Under the pieces are notes generated by a model, which did not search any database, was not told the origin of the DNA, and saw only the letters and a program-made list of their open reading frames with translations. The translations under genes were made by a program, and so were the position numbers. Shown one piece after another: positions 14,170 to 26,869 of a stretch of 64,000 nt of DNA. This DNA comes from Octopus sinensis (lineage: Eukaryota): positions 139,872,001 to 139,936,000 of the forward strand of contig NC_043000.1 of NCBI RefSeq assembly GCF_006345805.1, written 5' to 3'. Within the stretch, counting starts at the first letter, position 1, and every line of letters begins with the position of its first letter.

Positions 14170-14465
14170 TTCCCATAACTACTTGTAGTGATGCCATCTT
14201 GGAAATCTCCTGCAAGCATGCGCAGAGTTAGATTCTTCTGGGAGGCCTGCCGGAAGTTCCCTCATGCGCATGCGCAGAAAACTAGCAGCTGCAAAATTTC
14301 CCTCGTATCGGCCTCTCGAACGCTGACAGCCGAACAGGACGGTCGTGTTTTAGCAGCTCTCTCAAGCTGCCACTTCGTGGCGTTGCTACGCTACCCTTGA
14401 ACGGACAGGATTTGGCTCACTCCACTTGACTACTGCGACGAGTTCCTAGGCTGCCGATTCGCCCT
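14170..14465. promoter_or_regulatory. Candidate CpG-rich housekeeping, possibly bidirectional, promoter
   Basis: GCCATCTTGG (YY1, minus) 14193-14202; GCATGCGCA 14216-14224; CCGGAAGT (ETS/GABP) 14250-14257; TGCGCATGCGCA (NRF1) 14265-14276; ZNF143-like TTCCCATAACTAC at 14170. Local GC and CpG rise in AT-rich surroundings. Confidence 0.7.
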
Positions 14466-15230
14466 GAAAGAAGAATGTATATATTGCGAATCCAGAAATG
14501 AAATATTTATGCTGCTGAAGTTAATCGGAAGTCTTGACTCTTTCCTTCGATTAATATTTTAATGTAAAGGATGCGAGCTGCACCCATCCAGTATTACAGA
14601 ACATTCATCCTGTTACATACTTAATGCTTAAATGTGTAAGATACTTTACAAATCTAGTCTAAGTATGCAGAAGTTTAAACCTAAAACTAATGTAAGAAAT
14701 TCTATAATTAGCACAGTTTTTGTGCGCAAAGATGAAAATTGACGATGTCTGTTGAATTACTATTCAGGTGTGTAAAATGCAAATTAATAGTCATGACGAC
14801 TATTATCGTAATAATAAAAAGCATAAGACAATTTTTTTCCAAAAAGTGAGCTAATTCTGTACAGCAAAAACGGTAGCTAACCAAGAAAAACTAAGTCCAT
14901 TTTCAGATTCAACGCCCTCAAATTAGCTAAAAAAACATATGTTTGGTGTCTCGACACCATTTCAAAATATTCGTTTTGTTGATCAGTGTAATTAGACATT
15001 TAGGCATTTAAGATAAAGGTGAGTAACGTTGTAAACGGAAAATAAGAAAATACAAGTCCGAGAAAACTAAATTAAAATAAATTAAGATACCAAAATAAGC
15101 CTAATTATAAATAAAATATACACTTAAACTAAATGTCGAGTGGAACGTAGATTCATCAGTAAATAAGTGTATGTATAATAGAAAGCTGAATTTAACCTAG
15201 GAATGTAATGATCGCTTAAGACATCGCAAT

Positions 15231-15510
15231 CAGTCTTTGGACTGCAGCCATGCTGGGTCACCAACTTGAAGAGTTTAGTAGAATAAATTGACCATAGTAT
15301 TTTTTAAGCCTGATGCTTATTTTGTCGATCTCTTTTTGCCGAACTGCTATGTTACGAGGACAAGCCAACAGGTGGTGAGGGACATACACAAAAACAAATA
15401 CACACACACACACACATACAAGCTTCTTGTTTTGTATCCCTCTACCTAACCCGCTCACAAGATCAGCTCGGGACTATAGTGGAAGGCACTTGAAACTGAA
15501 CACAGGAACA
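15231..15510 (-). mobile_element. SINE-B (tRNA head, CORE-like domain), old diverged copy
   Basis: Degenerate match to the SINE-B body (gactgcagccatgctgg...gactatagtggaaggcacttg). Confidence 0.7.
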
Positions 15511-15701
15511 TTAGTGATAACATTTGTAGGTTATTAAAAGTTTCTGGTTTCAAGCTGTACTACTTGTGAATTAAGGTAGCCATTTAAGATATTCTCGTAT
15601 GTTTCTGTTGCACAAGGTTTGCAGTGCTTTCTGTTCAAAGGCTTAGATTTAGCTACAGCACGGATATTACAATTTAAATTATGAAGTATATATCTGTTTT
15701 C

Positions 15702-15903
15702 TTTTGCTTGTTTCAGTCAGTATACAGCGGCCATGCTGAGGCACCGTCTTAAAGAGTTCTGGTCGAACAAATTGACTCCTGGACTTAATTTTAATGCCCG
15801 GTACTTATTCTATTGTACCCTTTTTGCCTAGCCGCTAAGTTACAGGGATATAAACACTTCAATAGCCGTTGTCATGTGGTGGGGAGCACAAACACACATA
15901 GAT

Positions 15904-15934
<31 letters not shown>

Positions 15935-16094
15935 CGACGCTTTTTTCGCTTTCCATGTCCCAAATCCACTCCCAAGGCATTGGTCGGCCCCAGGCTATAG
16001 TAGAAGACATTTTCCCAAGGTGCCACGTAGTGGGACTGAACCCAGAAATATGTAGTTGGGAGCAAGCTTCTTATCTCACAGCCACACCTGTGTC
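15702..16094 (-). mobile_element. SINE-B, full length
   Basis: tRNA-like head with A/B boxes at the right end, CORE-like ccttggg.aaatgtcttctactatagcc on the minus strand, internal (CA)n(TA)n. Confidence 0.9.
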
Positions 16095-16134
16095 TATACT
16101 ATACCAGGAGTCAAATGGCAACCTACTGAACAGA

Positions 16135-16400
16135 GAAATAAATAAAATAAATGCCCCCGTTTAAAGCCTAACCAGGCTCATGGGCGCGGTTTCCCGGTTT
16201 CTATGGCGTATATGTTCCCCAGCTGGACGGGACGCCAGTCCATCGCAGCGTTACTCATTTTTGCCTGCTGAGTGGACTGGAGCAACGTGAAATGAAGTGT
16301 TTTGCTCAAGAACACAACGCGTCACCCGATCCAGGAATCGAAACCACAATCTTCCGATCATGGTGCTGACACCCTAACCACTAAGCCACGCGCCTCCACA
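16135..16400 (-). mobile_element. SINE-D (tRNA head, V-SINE-like tail)
   Basis: A box TGGCTTAGTGG, B box GGTTTCGATTCC; tail taacgctgcgatggactggcgtcccgtccag resembles V-SINE sequence (from recall). Confidence 0.85.
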
Positions 16401-16997
16401 CTGAACCTAGAAGCAGCATAGTAAATTTTGGATCAAGCTTGTTAGATTAAAATGTTAAACCTCACGTGTGGCTAAACTTTGAAGAAGGTAGACCTTAAAA
16501 GACTAACTTGCTCTAATTACATACCTTAGAGACTAAATCTCCACTGGTGATTCTATGAATCAATATCATACGAGATTTACTGCTCCACATTACAATATGC
16601 AACAATCAGTTACACAAAAATTGAAGTTTTGAAATTTAGTGCAGATTATTGTATTTCATTATATACTTGCTCACCTTTAGGTGACATATGTTAGAAATGC
16701 ACTGAACATCGATATATTCCAAGATAGAAATACTCAATGACTATTTGTTACTGATAAGAATTTAAGTAACACGTGATACTTAGATAACTGTAACACAACG
16801 CAGAGATAAATAATTAAACAGCAGTAAGATATCTTCCCGCATAGAATATTCTATTGTTTTTCTTGAATAAATATTTGTTTTCGATTTCATTTCTAGTATA
16901 TTTGTTTTGTTCTCTTAAAAACCAACGTTCATTTATGAGGCTGATACACACACACACAAACACACACACACACAAACACACAAACATATGTATGTAT

Positions 16998-17035
<38 letters not shown>

Positions 17036-17042
<7 letters not shown>

Positions 17043-17546
17043 TGAAAAGGAACACACGAGTTGATATATATGAAAAAACAAGTAAAAAATAGAAAATGCT
17101 AAAATAATTTTATAGTGAACATTTCAGTACCGGTTTCGGTCATTTTGAGACCTTTTCAACTGTAACGATTAAATAATTAAATTTAGAAAAATTAGAAGAA
17201 AAGTTTTTTTAAAAGAATATTTCTATAGTAGTGTTCAGATTTAAGTGGCATTCTGCCTTTCTCTGACTCCCTTGTTTGCACTTGTGTGTTCGAGGTAGTT
17301 GTGAGCTCTTGGTACCTCGAACACACAAGTGCAAACAAGGGAGTCAGAGAAAGGCAGAATGCCACTTAAATCTGAACACTACTATAGAAATATTCTTTTA
17401 AAAAAACTTTTCTTCTAATTTTTCTAAATTTAATTATTTAATCGTTACAGTTGAAAAGGTCTCAAAATGACCGAAACCGGTACTGAAATGTTCACTATAA
17501 AATTATTTTAGCATTTTCTATTTTTTACTTGTTTTTTCATATATAT
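17036..17546. repeat. (TA)n-embedded element: 28-bp leader plus palindrome with 234-bp arms
   Basis: Arms 17064-17297 and 17313-17546 read as exact reverse complements; 15-nt spacer; flanked by (TA)n. Confidence 0.95.
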
Positions 17547-17623
17547 ATATATGCATGTGTGTATGTGTGTGTGTGAATATATATATATTTATGTATATAT
17601 ATGCATATGTTTATGTGTGTGTG

Positions 17624-17666
<43 letters not shown>

Positions 17667-19759
17667 TCGTCGCCTTACATATTCTTTCTACCCTGTATCT
17701 GTACATACACACAGATACAGGGAAAAAATAGTGAGATTGGAAGGGATTAATAATTAAGCTTAATTCTGTTTGCAGATGTATTCAATACGTTTATACACAT
17801 AGACTCGCACACAAGCATACTTACATACGTGTATATATTTCTGACATTTTGATATTTCTGATGATATCCTTGAGCTTGGCAAGGTAAATGCAAGGGAGAT
17901 ATCTATAGTTTTGAGGTCCACATAACTGGGCCCCTTAAGAATATGAAACACTGTTGAACAACATTTTGTGTGAAATACAACTGAATTATGTTAATCTAAT
18001 TTATTGATTCAGACTACCTACGCATCAGCTAAAATTTAATTTTCAAATAGACATGAATGTGGCATGGTTTGTAAAGCAATCAAGAAAGTCCCTCCCAATA
18101 TTAGATAGAAGCATTTGAAAAGTGAAGTTAGTTAGAAGATTTGGGTTTAGCACTTATTTGCGTTTTACACCATCTTTCGAAATGACAACTAAACATATAT
18201 ATATATAGGATACGATTGTGTAAATTTGTCTTTCATATATAAAGATGAAGACCCTTAAGGGAAATTGTATAGGACTACAAAAGCACTAGATTGTAAGTTC
18301 ATTAATACTGCATTTATTGTATGGCAACAATAAAAACAATCCGAACATTTGAAAGAGGATTTCAAGAAATTTATTGTATTCTACTGGAAGTAAATATGTT
18401 ATGCGCATCTTATAAGTTACACCAACAAAAATTAAAAGAAAAAGAACTGCAACGTCCCATTAATAGATGTCCGCAAATGTAGCGATCGAAAGTAGTTTAG
18501 TCACATATTACCTGATTTATGTGACTTTATGCATTTTTTATTGATCCGTTGACCAATAAAATAGTCCGTTGGCTATTCTTCTGTACATTTTTGTACAGGT
18601 CTGGGCAAAGTTCTTTTTTTAAAACTAGCAGTATCTCATGCATGTAGGTTCCTCTTCTTCGTGACACTGATGTTTATCTGAGGAAATGCCCACTGATTCG
18701 ACTCACTATAGGCTGGCATTGGTGTCATCGCAATAACTGTTGTCAGAAGGCCAACAGTCGGAACCAGTACCACTTCTCCAATCCTCTGAACCTTTCACTA
18801 ATTCCCCCTCTGAATTGGTATTTTTTAACGACCTGGAAACGATAACGAACAAAGATGACATCGGCAGTCTTGACTTGAACTCCGAATGAAATCAAGTCCA
18901 AAAATTACAAGATAATTGAACGGTCTTGGGTGGAGACTAAACAATAATAAAAAATATATTACATGAATAGGAAGGTTAAGCAACATATTTCCTGGTATTA
19001 GTATTCTTAGAAAACTCAAATTTTCCTTACAGTTTTGAATTCAACTCAGTTTGACGGTATGGGTTTGAAAATAAATCGGCTGATATGATTCCATTACAAT
19101 CTAATTAAGAGTATCTCAACGTACAGCATTAGATTATATTCATGCACTTTCCTCGTATGTGACTAAAAGAAATGCTCAGCACAAAATATGCTACTCTATA
19201 AAATAATATCAGTATGCTGCCTATGCTGTTGTGATGAATTGGCTCGATTCAGGAGAATGGATCTGTTGGAAGACAGCTTATTACCCAGGAAAATCACAAA
19301 AAGCTATCTCCGATGTCGAACATGAATAAGCATGCCTATATAACCAACTTCCATATTCGGTACTAAGCCGAATACGGATGTTCACTAACAGTGATTAATT
19401 TTTAATATCACTATATCATCCTAATTATTGCATTGTCATGGCATGCATCATTGTATTAAACTCTCTCTCTCTCTCTCACATACACACACACATATGCACA
19501 CACACAATCTTTTGATGAATGAGACATTTGTTTGTTATTTGGCATATTTGTAATACATTTGAGCACTATACATTTTCTTTCATATATATATATGAAACAA
19601 ATTGATGTATACAGTGTACACACACACGTGCTATCATTACACAGACGCACAGACCTGCACACACGCACACACTCACACATACACACACATACCTCCTTCT
19701 CTTGCATTCTCCTGTCTTTGAAAGAACTTTTTCTTCACCCATTCCCTTCCGGTCATTCC

Positions 19760-19968
19760 AATACGTGACGGCGTATGTATCGTTGGCGATTTTCTTACTC
19801 CGTCTTTCCTTCCTTGGACCTTTCCCTTTTCTATGTTTCTGACGAAGAGATCTGGTTGAAACGTTAAAATCCTCCTTCTTTCTTTCCTTTCCTGAGCGTC
19901 CAATAACACTATACTTGTTCCACGTCCTCGCGTTGTTGTGTTTTCTCTTTGTTCATGCTTGGCTTAAC
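19760..19968 (+). mobile_element. Family H (TA)n-tailed repeat with degenerate hammerhead motif
   Basis: ttt-CTGACGA-A-gagatctggtt-GAAACGT-T-aaa at ~19836-19868: core intact, stem II broken. Confidence 0.8.
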
Positions 19969-19972
19969 TATA

Positions 19973-20013
<41 letters not shown>

Positions 20014-20418
20014 TATATATCATGAAAGGCAGCGAATGTTACTAATCTAATAAGTCTGTTTAATATATTCTTAGATTATCTATAACTCAAAAGAGAGAAA
20101 AATATTATTAAGCCCAATCGCTAATAAAGTTATTAATTAAACCTATCAATGGAAGGAAAACAATTTGTAAGATAAAAAGGTGTAGTTATAGAAAAATATA
20201 AAGGCAATTCTAAAAGAGCCGTTATAGTAGTTATATTTGCTATTTTTTAGTTTAGCAAGAATATATCAGGCATTCAATAAGGTATGGAAAATGTATCCAC
20301 TGAAATGAATAAGCAATTAGAAAATATAGAAATTGATGAAATACCGTGTTCTATGTGTAAATGAATAACATCTAGCGCCATGAAAGCTTATACAACCGAT
20401 CATTTCAAATTTTACTTG

Positions 20419-20613
20419 TTCATTTCACGTTGCTCCAGTCCACTCAGCTGGCAAAAATGAGTAACGCTGCGATGGACTAGCGTCCCGTTCAGCTGGGGAA
20501 CATATACGCCATAGAAACCGGGAAACCGCGCCCATGAGCCTGGTTAGGCTTTAAACGGGGGCATTTATTTTATTTATTTCTCTGTTCAGTAGGTTGCCAT
20601 TTGACTCCTGGTA
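20419..20613 (+). mobile_element. 5'-truncated SINE-D plus 34-bp flank; inverted copy of 16102-16296
   Basis: 195-bp reverse-complement match with 3 mismatches, including non-SINE sequence beyond the tail. Confidence 0.9.
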
Positions 20614-21165
20614 CAACTGGAGAATATGGATTATCATGTATATAATTAAAAAAATCGTGATTTATCATAGTTATTATCACCTTTAATTTTCTATGGAACA
20701 ATAAAAGGTATTTACCCAAAGCAGTATATTAAATCTGGTTGTAGAAGAGGGAAAAAGACCGCAACACCTGTAATTGCACTGCTGCCAAGCTTTAACGGTC
20801 CAAATCGACGTAATTTTCCTTAGATAAACATCCCTGGTATGGTGAGGAGAGACTTGCACCGTAGGCAACAGATTGTATTCTTAGAGCAATCTTGCCTAGA
20901 TCTGCACATAACGTACTTTAGCGCTTCACTGGTTTACACACATCACATGAGTCATGCATAAATGTTGACGTATGTGAGTACCTCTCGTAAAGTCACCTAA
21001 ACTTAAAAAGAAATTATATAGAAATTATATGTGAACTATATGACAAATCAATTAAAACAGCCGACTTACATATATACAAAATAAAATTCAAATTTATGTT
21101 ACATGTCGATTTTCACTATTAAAATACAGCTGAGATATCCTTATTATAATTATATTAATTTTCAG

Positions 21166-21212
21166 GTGGAAATTATCGTTCTTTACGCGAGACTCACAGT
21201 CTGTTTTACCAA
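21166..21212 (+). CDS. Candidate 47-nt internal exon of an unidentified gene
   Basis: aattttcag|GTGGAAAT...TTACCAA|gtaaag; two frames open (GGNYRSLRETHSLFYQ or VEIIVLYARLTVCFT). No homology recognised. Confidence 0.25.
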
Positions 21213-22410
21213 GTAAAGCTTTGAAATCCTAGTACCATCTTCAATAAAACAAGTATTTTTTTTCTATTATACTAAATGAACCATGGCAACCTACAAGTAA
21301 AAAATATTGTAAAAGTAACAAGGCTAGTTACCAGCCGAACACACACACACAAACACACATATATATGCACATACATTTATACACACGTATATACATTCAC
21401 ACATACACCATGTTTTTAGTACTTTTCGCTTATCTGCTGTTGTGCATTAGGGTTTAACTGTATTCATCTAATAATTGATTACATGCGTCACATCGAATAA
21501 ATTGAAGAAAATATATCTTACTAAAGATACTCTGTGGAATACCTGTGCTTCTTATTAATGAGTTCACACACGTACATACATACATACGTACGTGTGTATG
21601 TATATATATATATATATACATACATACACATATATCATAATAATAAAAGATCAACAGACTATATCGTACGGGAAAAATAAAAGTCGCAAATGCACAAATG
21701 TTTCCCATCTAATTTCGAAATATAGTATCATTAAATGTTTTTGCGTAATTTCGAAATCTTTTGTATAATAAAATAGAGATCATTTCTATATTGTTACTGA
21801 AATCCTTATTGTGAATGTAAACATGCTTGTAATAAGGGCGGGTTATAAAATTAAGTAATTAAAAACAGATTACAAAATAATTTCAGATGATATTTGATGA
21901 AAAGATTCGTGATTTTTCAGTTATGGAATCACATAATTTCTAATCAGAGGAAATTAAAATTAAGGTTAGTCCTCCACAATTATGCATATGTTGATTCAGT
22001 GGAATTTGCGTTATGTATGGACTATCTTATTTGCTAACAGTTTCGTGCCACTCTTCTAAAGAATGTCAGGTGAATCAGAGTATAACTCCCCTGATAATAT
22101 AATGTTTCCGGCAACATTTGGATGTTAAAACATGTTAGATTTTCGAAACCAAAGGAAATGTTATGTTTAATTTTAAAAAGGATTCGGTATACAGGAAATT
22201 AATGATGATACTACAGAATTCGATACAACAAAACTTATACATGCAAAAAAGTATCTTTTGAGAAGAAAATTATAATGAGTGTTTTGTTAAGAAACAAAAG
22301 AGAATTTCGAAGCAAAAAAGGCTAGGGTTAGAAATGTAGTCGTTGACAAATTTTATGAACATAACTGGAAATTTTTAATTAGAACAACAGAAATAGGACA
22401 AAGACGATAC

Positions 22411-22509
22411 AACTTTGCCAGACAACAATGGACACATCTGAGTAATTTAAAATTGGATAAAAATATGATTATAAAAGTAGCTGATAAGTGAAATTCTGTT
22501 ATTGCTTAT
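22411..22509 (+). pseudogene. Penelope-like element RT N-terminal relic
   Basis: NFARQQWTHLSNLKLDKNMIIKVADK*NSVI matches the PLE motif NLS..E..AL..LK.....IIK.ADKG..VV, with GGA changed to TGA. Confidence 0.55.
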
Positions 22510-22980
22510 CTGTGTGGATATGAGGTCGAAAGTGTATTGGTTTTAGAATTTGGCTAACATTGGTCATATCACTGTAGTTTCTAATGAAACTCTACCTTGT
22601 GTCAGAAAAAGGTTTCAGCTTTCTGGAAGATTACTTACGTCACTTGTCGAGTCTGCAACAATGGATGATAATATTAGATCATTCGATGAGGGGCTATACA
22701 CACAGCTGATCTTAGCTACAGTCATCAATTTACTTTTGTGAATTTTTGGTAAACAAGTGAAGCATCTCCATTTATATTTCAAATTTCTAAGAATTTATTA
22801 TCTCCTCCTTTATCTTATTAACATTTTTCATATGAATGTTGTAAAGCTGCTAGTTTCTTCATAGCTTACATATGTTTATAATATCTGGGCTGAAATAATT
22901 TATGTGTCTATTCCATGAAATAGTACTTTTGCTATGCCTATACTTACAAACGTCCGTGTGCACACGTATGTATGTATTAT

Positions 22981-23205
22981 ACTCTTTACTCTTTTACTCT
23001 TTTACTTGTTTCAGTCATTTGACTGCGGCCATGCTGGAGCAACGCCTTTAGTCGAGCAAATCGACCCCGGGACTTATTCCTTGTAAGCCCAGTACTTATT
23101 CTATTGGTCTCTTTTTGCCGAACCGCTAAGTGACGGGAACGTAAACACACCAGCATCGGTTTTCAAGCAATGCTAGGGGGACAAACACAGACACAAACAC
23201 ACACA

Positions 23206-23257
<52 letters not shown>

Positions 23258-23309
23258 TACGACAGTCTTCTTTCAGTTTCCGTCTACCAAATCCACTCAC
23301 AAGGCATTG
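22981..23309 (-). mobile_element. SINE-B lacking its tRNA head
   Basis: actctttactcttttacttgtttcagtc...aatccactcacaaggcattgg. Confidence 0.9.
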
Positions 23310-23656
23310 GAGAGCAGCCAAATACGTTCAGTTCAGATGGACACGAAACTGCAAGGAACAAGTGAGAGGTGGTGGTTGTATAACTGAGATGCAGTGGTGC
23401 GAAGTAGAGTTTGCAATGTGACTTCTAACGTAAAGTGTATTAATGTTACCACTTAAATATACGCTTGATATTCAAGCGTTAGCATGTTTCTAAGTTATAA
23501 TCGAGAGTTGCTTCGAGATATTTCATACATCCGTTCACTAATATTTTTTTCTCTCTACATTTATGCAAAGTTACTTACAGCGTACAGTAACTCAGTTCTC
23601 ATATCATATATATATATATAAATATAAATATATATATATATAATATATATATATTA

Positions 23657-23691
<35 letters not shown>

Positions 23692-23697
<6 letters not shown>

Positions 23698-23880
23698 GGG
23701 AGTAAATCCACACTTACAGAGAAAAATTAGATTTAGGATTAAATCCAATTTTATAGTATAAATATATATATATATATTATATATATATATTATATTAAAT
23801 TAGAGATAAAACCACTATTAGGCAAATCAAACAGTGAAAATCATAAACCAATACATAGAAATAAAATTAATTAATAAAAA
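23692..23880. mobile_element. Family X (TA)n-embedded repeat
   Basis: aatattaggga.taaatcc..gatttaggattaaatc..aaccactatt..gcaaa; homologous to 37938-38005 and 43807-44050. Confidence 0.7.
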
Positions 23881-24444
23881 ATATATAAAATATAAAATTC
23901 AAAATTTAAAATATTTAAATTAAAGTTAAAATTTAAAACATTATTTAAATTAATAATTTATACTTATAAATCTTTAAATATATATATATATATTATTATT
24001 ATTTTATTTATTTATTTATTATTATTTTATTTATTTATTTATTATTATTTTATTTATTTATTTATTTATTTAAAAAAAAATTTTAATTTTTTTTTTTAGA
24101 TATAACTATCAAAAAGTATTAAAAGTGTAATATAAGATATACTCTCGATAATATTCAAAATGCCAGCCAGATCTACGTCTCTGATTGAACGACTAAATAA
24201 ATAAAACACCTTCAGGAAAGAAAAGTACAAAGAAGTAGTTGCACATTTTATTGCTTTTTATAGAAGCGTCAGTCTCGGGCAGCTGGATATTTAGATCAAC
24301 AGCAGAGAATTTTGAACTATGTATCTGTCACGGTTGAGTGTAATTCTAAAAAAAAAAAAAAACGAAACGTTATGCCAAAATATCAAGAATATTCAAATTT
24401 CACTCGTTAAATTTTGAACTTGCAAATATATTTTCTTATTGAAA

Positions 24445-24654
24445 GGCGGTGAGCTGGCCGAAACGTTAGCACGTCGGGCGAAATGCTTAGCGGTATTTCG
24501 TCTGGCTTTACGTTCTGAGTTCAAATTCCACCGAGGTCGAATTTACATTTCATCATTTAGGGGTCGATAAATTAAGTGCCAGTTGCGTACTAGAGTCGAT
24601 CTAATCGACTGCCCCCTTCCCCAATATTTGGGGCCTTTTGCCTAGAATAGAAAA
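24445..24654 (+). mobile_element. SINE-A, full length, tail type 2
   Basis: ggcggtgagctggc head, B box GAGTTCAAATTCC, central ttcatc.ttt.ggggtcgataaattaagt domain. Confidence 0.9.
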
Positions 24655-25120
24655 GTATATTTTCTTATGGAACTGGTGAAACTATAAATTCACAAAATCT
24701 CATGTCGGAAGGGCAACGTGGAAAAACCCTCAGAACAGCTTTGTTATTTCACTCGTACTAGCAGTATTGAATAATTCTCCACACACACACACACTTCACT
24801 TTTGTATCTGGTTTGCAAAATTCCTTATTTGATTTCGCGTATTGATACAAATTTTATTGTGTCTAGGGAGGAGAGTCATGGTGAGTGTGTTATATCAACA
24901 CACTCACCAGTTCAATTTCTCCTCATTTATTTATATATTTATTTATTTATTTATTCCAGGAAGCTTCTTCATCGCAGTATTTTCGACTGTATCAATGGAT
25001 GTTTACTCTGACACTCAGTCAAAATCTATCGATAAGGTCGCAAATACGCCAACGAAAAATCTTTCTGGAATAAATAGAAGAGTGGAAATTGAACCGGTAA
25101 GTGTATCTCCAGATACAACA

Positions 25121-25159
<39 letters not shown>

Positions 25160-25162
<3 letters not shown>

Positions 25163-26050
25163 TTATCCGTAATAATGAAGGGTGAAATTAATTAATTTGG
25201 AAAAATTATCAATTACACCAAGTAGTCTTCGGCATGTAAAAGCCTCATTCGAGGAAAATTTAAGTAATACTAAGCAATAAGGGTTTAGCAACGAGTTGCC
25301 TTACCACATACCGAATTTAGAAATAGCAGTCAAAGGGTTATAGCTATTTCTTCTACTAAAAAGGGAGATCTCAGTAAAAACAGCATTTGGAAGGCAGACA
25401 CAAACAGGTAAGAGAGAATGAATTGACTGCAATCTATTATACATTTTTTTTTTTAGTTATCCACGGACGTACGTTTCGAAATCAAGTTTTTAGGAAAGCA
25501 TAAGAATTAAATATTAAATATTAAATAATTCTATCTTACCGAAACTTCTTTTCTCTTCAGCGTAGAATACTATAATCATAAATGATTATATATTGAATTT
25601 TGAGATACCAGAAGGCACCAACTCAACTCAGTATCAGAGCGAGCTAGAATCCGCCACTGTGATACCAGTTGCGGATTCTAGCTCGCTCTGATACTGCGTT
25701 GAGTTGGTGCCTTCTGGTATCTCAAAATTCAATATATAATCATTTATGATTATAGTATTCTACGCTGAAGAGAAAAGAAGTTTCGGTAAGATAGAATTAT
25801 TTAATATTTAATATTTAATTCTTATGCTTTCCTAAAAACTTGATTTCGAAACGTACGTCCGTGGATAGCTAAAAAAATGTATAATAGATTGCAGTCAATT
25901 CATTCTCTCTTACCTGTTTGTGTCTGCCTTCCAAATGCTGTTTTTACTGAGATCTCCCTTTTTAGTAGAAGAAATAGCTATAACCCTTTGACTGCTATTT
26001 CTAAATTCGGTATGTGGTAAGGCAACTCGTTGCTAAACCCTTATTGCTTA

Positions 26051-26054
<4 letters not shown>
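25160..26054. repeat. (TA)n-embedded element: ~107-bp leader plus palindrome with ~386-bp arms
   Basis: Arms 25267-25654 and 25671-26054; two substitutions and a 4-nt homopolymer length difference seen; 16-nt centre that is itself a mini-hairpin. Confidence 0.95.
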
Positions 26055-26122
<68 letters not shown>

Positions 26123-26126
<4 letters not shown>

Positions 26127-26330
26127 AGAATTCATAAAAAATCAAAAGGCGAAGACAGGTGGTATAGACAACAAATACACGTATTAGTTTAACGCTCGGG
26201 AACTGAAAAAGTCTTTAACATTTCGAGTCTACGCTCCTCCAAAGAAAGAAACACAGAAAGAAACAAGGAGAGAAAATAAAGAATGCTTAGTGGCTAGCGA
26301 TCTATCATGGCGAGACAGATAGTCGTCGTT
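26123..26330 (-). mobile_element. Family G (TA)n-embedded repeat with degenerate hammerhead motif
   Basis: Reverse-complement homologue of 62549-62709; minus strand tttctttggaggagcgtagactcgaaatgttaaaga. Confidence 0.75.
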
Positions 26331-26380
26331 TATATTATTCATATTATATATATATATTATATATAATATATATATATATA

Positions 26381-26506
26381 TAAACCAATTTCAACGGATT
26401 TCGCCCAAATTTGACGACGATATTACTTAGTTTGGTTTGAAATAAAGAATTTGATTAGCTTGATAATCGTAACTTAATTCCGGGCAAAGCCGGGTTATAC
26501 TGCTAG
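26381..26506 (+). mobile_element. Helitron 3' terminus
   Basis: GC-rich subterminal inverted repeat ccgggcaaagccggg, then ctgCTAG followed by T. Confidence 0.65.
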
Positions 26507-26583
<77 letters not shown>

Positions 26584-26869
26584 CATATATATGTGTGTGT
26601 GTGTGTATCGAGAGAGAGAGGGAGATGGAGAAGGGGAATGCTTAGCTGATCTATTAAGGTGTTTGGTTTATATTTCAGTCACATGGAACTCAATGAAGCT
26701 GTCGTTTTACAATTTTGGCTTCTGTGCAATTTTTACAATGTGGTTGTTAACCTTCGTTGAAACCACAGAACAGGTCTGATCACTGGAGACAACGTAAATA
26801 CATATCATTCACGAAAAGTAAAAAAATCTATTGTTCTCCCAGTGGATGAAAAAATCGCATATAAAAAGA

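Noticed and set aside
20250-20700. Possible ancient LINE RT motif (ISxAFNKVW-like at ~20260-20290)
   Set aside because: A single short motif with no supporting neighbours.
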